Positions 57,380 to 64,000 of a DNA stretch of 64,000 bases are shown here, one piece after another. The DNA is from Eledone cirrhosa (lineage: Eukaryota), in the NCBI GenBank assembly GCA_964016885.1, contig OZ024746.1:65720001-65784000 (forward strand), in the 5' to 3' direction. The stretch's first letter is position 1. Every line of letters starts with the position of its first letter. The notes below the pieces were generated by a model. The model searched no databases, had not been told where the DNA came from, and saw only the letters and a list, made by a program, of their open reading frames with translations. The position numbers and the translations under genes were made by a program.

Positions 57380-57560
57380 TTCTTCTTTTTTCTTCTTCTT
57401 CTTCTTCTTCTTCTTCTTCTTCTTCTTCTTCTTCTTCTTCTTCTTCGCCCACTTAATGCTGGGAGGTTCGTTGGCTCAGAATTCTCAAACACTCGTTCCA
57501 GCGCATCCTGTCAGAAGCAACCCTCTGTAACTAATCCGGTTGGATCCCCAAGCGAGATCA
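57380..57560 (-). mobile_element. Short RTE-like 3' end with (GAA)n tail
   Basis: Minus translation ...LQRVASDRMRWNEC...* followed by (GAA)n, seen as (TTC)n at ~57391-57446. Confidence 0.5.
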
Positions 57561-58631
57561 GCCAAGCCTATTGTGTGATTGTATAATTATTCTATTGTAT
57601 ATTATATCTGGAATTATATCTCTTTCACTCAAATTAATCTTTCATATTTGCCATACTCCTTCATTAAATTCACTTCGTTCAACCATCCACTTATATAGTC
57701 AAATTCCATATTAAAAATTTTTTAATTCTTTTATCATGATCTCTCTCATCATAATATTAATCTCATTATATAAAAGCTAATATATTATTAATAAAATTTA
57801 ATGTAATGCACTTAATATCACGCAAATTATTTGCGTGTCTTGTATTAAGTAAAACCTTATTGTAAAACGTACTTAATTGTAGAATTTGACTTTTGGCATT
57901 TAATAATATACACGTAAATAACAGTAAAGTTAGCACAAATGAAATCACTTAAAATGAAAATGAAAAAACAAATATTTCATTCTCTCTCTATAGATCTATG
58001 TATTTACTTGTCTAATTGTCCCTTACGTATTCAACACATAAACCACAAATATTATGATAAACATGAAAGCTTATTCAATAATTAGAATTAAAGCAAAAAG
58101 GTGTAATTGGTTTTCTTCCCCGTTATGCAAAGATACGCAGAGATTTGTGTTTGTTTTTAAATCTTCTTATTCAGTGTCCTCCAAATCTAGATTTAAATCA
58201 TTTATCACGATCTTCATGTCATCTGTAAGATAAATATAGTTGCATATAAAATGGCCCTTCATTTACACAAGTAATGCTTCATAATTTAGAAATGTACAAT
58301 CAATAACAAACAATAATAGAACTAACAGTAATGTACGTAATCTTTTTTTTAAATATCGTTTATTTTACCGTTAAATGTACCAGTAAAATGACTCAACTAT
58401 CTATGTATTTTTACTTTATTAAAATTTCAATTATGTCTCTTTCGAACAGGAGACGAATGCTGTCTACCTTCCAGTACAGCGAGTAATTGTAAGATAAAAT
58501 AAGAATTTCTGTGTCAAGCTGAAATAAAGAAAAGTGTTATATAAAATCCTACTTCTTTATCAACTGGTATTGTGTGGAAACCCACTCCGAAAATCAAAAC
58601 TATACTTGTATATATATCATATATATATACA

Positions 58632-58685
<54 letters not shown>

Positions 58686-58687
<2 letters not shown>

Positions 58688-60162
58688 TAAATCTACCAAA
58701 GTATACGGAAGTGTCAAATCCGTATGATCAAACCATCCATAATACTAAAATAAACGGCAACAAACCACCATCTCCTTCACATATAACAAGTCAAATAAAT
58801 TCCACACCAAATTTGACTAACTCCCCCGATATAATATTCACAAATGGTTGTAACTATAGAAACAAAAGAAATTGCCCATTAAAGGGAAATTCTCTTATTA
58901 ATGACATAGTCTATAAATGTAAAATTAGCAGTAAGGACTCCACTTATTCATATAGAGGAGCTACGTCTAACCAATTTAAAAGTAAGATTTAATACCCACA
59001 AACATAGTTTTAAAAATGCCGCATTAGCTAATACAACATCCTTGGCTGAAACATTTAATAATTATAGAAAAAAGAATATAGATTACAACCTGACCTTGAG
59101 TGAGCTCAAAAGGGCCACCCCTTATCAAAATAACAGATATGAGTGTAGATTATGTTCCCAGGGACTTTTTGTAATAATGAAATCTAAGGATATCCTATTA
59201 AATAAGCGACAAGAATTAATTATATCTTGCAATCATAGAATTAGAAGAACTTTCAAATATTATAAACCTAATTAATATACACCTTACACTTATATTTTAC
59301 ATATTATTGTAATTAGTTTTTTAATTTAGTTTACCTATAATTAGTACTTTACTACAGAGAACTTCATAATTTTATTTCCCTCTTACAGCTCTCTTTTCCT
59401 AAAATTAATACCTAAATGTATACATATAAATGAATTTAATTTCCTGTAATGAATCTAGATTCCTTGTAGTTTATATAAGATTGGTATTTCTAACTACTAC
59501 CCTTATCCCAAAATTTCATTTTCCTTCGTTTTTAACAACATTTTTTAATAACATCTAATTCTTATTTATCACATCCATATGAAGTAATATAAATGTATCC
59601 CTATAAGTATACCTATCAATTAATTTAATTTCTTGTTATAGATCTAGATTCCTTGTGGTTTAAATAAGATTGGTATTTCTCACTTACCTTAAAATTTTAC
59701 TTTCCTTCGTCTTTAACACTATTCTTTAATAACATCAAATTTTCGTGTACCCTTGACCGGCTTGACCTCTTTTCATCCCCAAAGTATTCTTTTCATTCAA
59801 AGTATTCTTTCTATTCAAAACATAAGTCCGCACCCCTCTACCGCTAAATTAAATTTCTACTACTACTATTATATCAACTTGACTTCTTACTACTTTTCTA
59901 TTGGTTAATTAAAAACCTGTTCCCAAACAGACCTATTATATTAAATCTTTGTTGGTTTTTTTCAATAAACGAATCTCATCATTTCTGAAGTCAGCATATA
60001 TATGTGAAGGTATGTATATTTCCTCTGATAGTTTGTAATATTATTACATACATCTATATGATATACATACCAACACAAATATATATCCTAGAAACGATCG
60101 TAAAATAATGAATTTTTTAATATAAGGAACTTGTTCTTTGTTTTTATTCATAGTTTTTATTA

Positions 60163-60166
<4 letters not shown>
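58686..60166 (+). mobile_element. 5'-truncated Penelope-like element (GIY-YIG remnant, 3' UTR, hammerhead) between (TA)n tracts
   Basis: CNYRNKRNCPLKGNSLINDIVYKC...YRGATSNQFK; CRLCSQG...LLNKRQELIISCNH (58711-59275). The 3' terminal ~185 bp is re-found inverted at ~52650-52832. Confidence 0.85.
59981..60106 (+). ncRNA. Long-stem-II hammerhead motif at the PLE 3' end (core CTGAAGT here; CTGAAGA in the 52714-52832 minus copy)
   Basis: ATTT-CTGAAG(T/A)-[~100-nt hairpin incl. ggtatgtata/tatacatacc]-GAAAC-GATC-GT-A/AAAT. Confidence 0.6.
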
Positions 60167-60203
<37 letters not shown>

Positions 60204-60379
60204 TTCGCCCATTGAAATGTCACATTTCATGCGAAAACAACGACAATAACAGTGAAACACTACAAGTGATAGTTGAGAACATTGGAATTGCATCCCTGGA
60301 GACATAAGAATAAACAGACAGAAGCCTGCAAGGAACCGAACTTCGCAACTGTCGAATGCCGGACAGGTGCCGTAACAGC

Positions 60380-61763
<1,384 letters not shown>

Positions 61764-62169
61764 TACTTTCCTGCTGCCATATTAATTATAAAGGGATATG
61801 CATATTTGATATAAGGAGTTGTGTTCTTACAAAAACATGTATAATAATATACGTTATGTAAACAAACGTTTATAAACACGGATACTTTTTAATACAAAAG
61901 AAATTAGAATGGCGAAACATATATTTATTCGGAAAAGTATACAAATAATATATAAATCTATTCATGCATATACGCAACTAATTAGTCATATATATTATTA
62001 ATTGATGCCGACATAGAAGTAATTCATTCACACGTATCCATAATGCAGTTATACTTTCACTCATAACATGCATGTTGTTTCCAAATTTCTACCCAAAGCG
62101 ATAGATATATAAGTATATCACATGCATATACACATACATATATACATAAATACACCCATACGCACATGC

Positions 62170-62201
<32 letters not shown>

Positions 62202-62571
62202 GTGGTATATCGTATCCATATATTCATACATATATTCATACACATATTCATACATATATTTATATATATGTATGTATATATATGTGCATATAGACAGGGA
62301 CATCTACTTACAGGTGCGATCACACAATCATAAATTCATACACACTTGCAGAAACGCATACAATATATGCGTGTGTATATATACACTCAAACTTAGATAA
62401 TATGTTAAGATATCTTTGCAGCTATTGATAGTGTTGAAAATGTGCTCATATCTTAAGTCAAGAAAAATAACACATTTTTACTAAGCATAGCATACTTGCT
62501 CTCGTTGAAGATATACTAAGTTTGTTTTAAGTGTTAATAATATAAGTTATTGTACAATATTCGTGTAAGTA

Positions 62572-63134
62572 CTACGAGTCGGCATTTAAATTTACATCGG
62601 GCTTTCGTAATGGCTCGATGACCAATATAACAAGGGATGATAGAAAAGAGCCAATGAGGAAAATCCAAAACAAGAACCGGTCCATGACAAGTGCAACGAG
62701 CTGCCACTCCAAAACTACTTGCTCGTGGTCATCTGCTTCCTGCCGCGAGACCAAAATTTTCAAATGTCTAGTGATTTTTTCTCCCCCGTGGCCATGGCCT
62801 CTGCTTGTTCCACTCTTCTCTGTTGCCAGTGCATTACTCGGAGCAAGAGTTCCATTACAATTTGTAGGGTCACTGGTGGTGCATGTACTATCTACATATG
62901 TTGTCAAACACATGTCTTCTTTCGGGATATCATCTGTCAATGCGTACCTCCGCCAAGGTTCGCGCCGGCCGTGTGTTGAGATGCACACAAGTCGTGCGAG
63001 GAAATTGAAACTCAGTAACTTCAGCCATCTGGCCACTGGCTTTTGCTGTGGACCAACGTGATGTAGTTGAAGTACAAATACAGTCAGAATAATTGACAAC
63101 GACGTCATACCCATTGTCACCGTCAAGTAGATGC
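62572..63134 (-). CDS. Terminal coding exon of a nicotinic acetylcholine receptor-like (Cys-loop ligand-gated ion channel) subunit: TM3, cytoplasmic loop, TM4
   Basis: Translation (G)IYLTVTMGMTSLSIILTVFVLQLHH-GP---PVARW...EWQLVALVMDRFLFWIFLIGSFLSSLVILV matches nAChR TM3/LHH/PxW and EW..VA.V.DR/TM4 motifs. Preceded by a polypyrimidine tract and acceptor (ttttttgtttactttcag|gcatctac, phase 1). Stop TAG at 62572-62574. No upstream exon was identified in the window. Confidence 0.93.
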
Positions 63135-63825
63135 CTGAAAGTAAACAAAAAATGTAAAAATATTAAAGTTGTTATTTTATTTATTATAATAGTACACAGA
63201 GCTAAACTATGTTTATGTTCTAAAGTGTTTTAAAGTGGCTATGTAAATTACACACACAAGTAGACGCGTGCACTAACACACAGACCAAAACACATACATA
63301 TGTATGTGAGCATATTTTGTGTATGTGGTGTGAGTATACGCTTGTGCGCATGTTCGCATATATATATATATATGTGTGTGTGTGTGCGTATGTGTTTAGG
63401 CCTGTGCCTATATATATATAGGGATTTTGTTTTTCTATAAATGTATGTATATACAAATAAATTTTATTTTACATTTACAATTTACACGTAAGAAAAGTAT
63501 TTTTGTGTTTATCCCGAGCATATTTCCCCAAATCTAATATTCTGTTTGAACAGCATTCTAAAATACACATTTAAAATATCCATTATTAAATTGCAAAAAT
63601 ATTGCAATATGTATACATACACCCACGAAAATATCTACACGCATAACACATTCCCTTGCACACACAATCACATAAGTATATATATATATATATATATTTA
63701 AAAGAATAGAGGTGCAATACAAGAGATGTGATATATTGGTAAAAGGAAAAGAAAATGCTGATAAATTGTTCCCAGTGAAAAAATAGTTTAATTAGGAATA
63801 AGTAAAAATTAGTAATAAGTATTGT

Positions 63826-64000
63826 TTAGTATTCAGTTTTAGTTTTAAGTTTTTATCAGTTGCGCATTTCTAATGCTTTTCAAAAATAATTTTGAGATAG
63901 AGCGCCCATGATGTTTGCCCTAATCTCGGGCGCTCTATCTCAAAATTATTTTTTAGAAATGCGCAACCGGTAAAGACTTAAAAGTAAAACTGAATACTAA
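63826..64000. repeat. Intronic inverted repeat (MITE/fold-back-like), may extend past the window end
   Basis: Perfect inner arms aaaaataattttgagatagagcgccc (63882-63907) and gggcgctctatctcaaaattattttt (63928-63953). Outer arms ttagtattcagtttta / taaaactgaatactaa. Confidence 0.85.

Overview
AT-rich, microsatellite-dense animal genomic DNA. The repeat repertoire resembles an octopod cephalopod, which is an inference not verified by search. The only host coding sequence found is the last coding exon (TM3, cytoplasmic loop, TM4) of a nicotinic acetylcholine receptor-like Cys-loop channel subunit on the minus strand (62572-63134). About 25 kb is occupied by five diverged, decayed, co-oriented L1/Tx1-type LINEs (ORF1 zinc knuckle; ORF2 APE-RT-CCHC). 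They sit in (ATT)n or (TATC)n microsatellites, partly head-to-tail, and all carry a GTRAGT splice-donor motif at the ORF1 stop. Also present are about 12 copies of a tRNA-derived SINE whose 3' tail resembles the LINE tail, RTE 3' fragments, and Penelope-like (GIY-YIG, Naiad-type) remnants. The most striking signal is a dense set of hand-folded type I hammerhead ribozyme motifs from several distinct (TA)n-embedded repeat families. These include a tandem ~430-450 bp retrozyme-like array (45755-47660), hammerheads with very long stem II, a CAGAAGA core variant, and recurrent fold-back palindromes up to 1.7 kb. All RNA structures were derived by eye and element boundaries are approximate.
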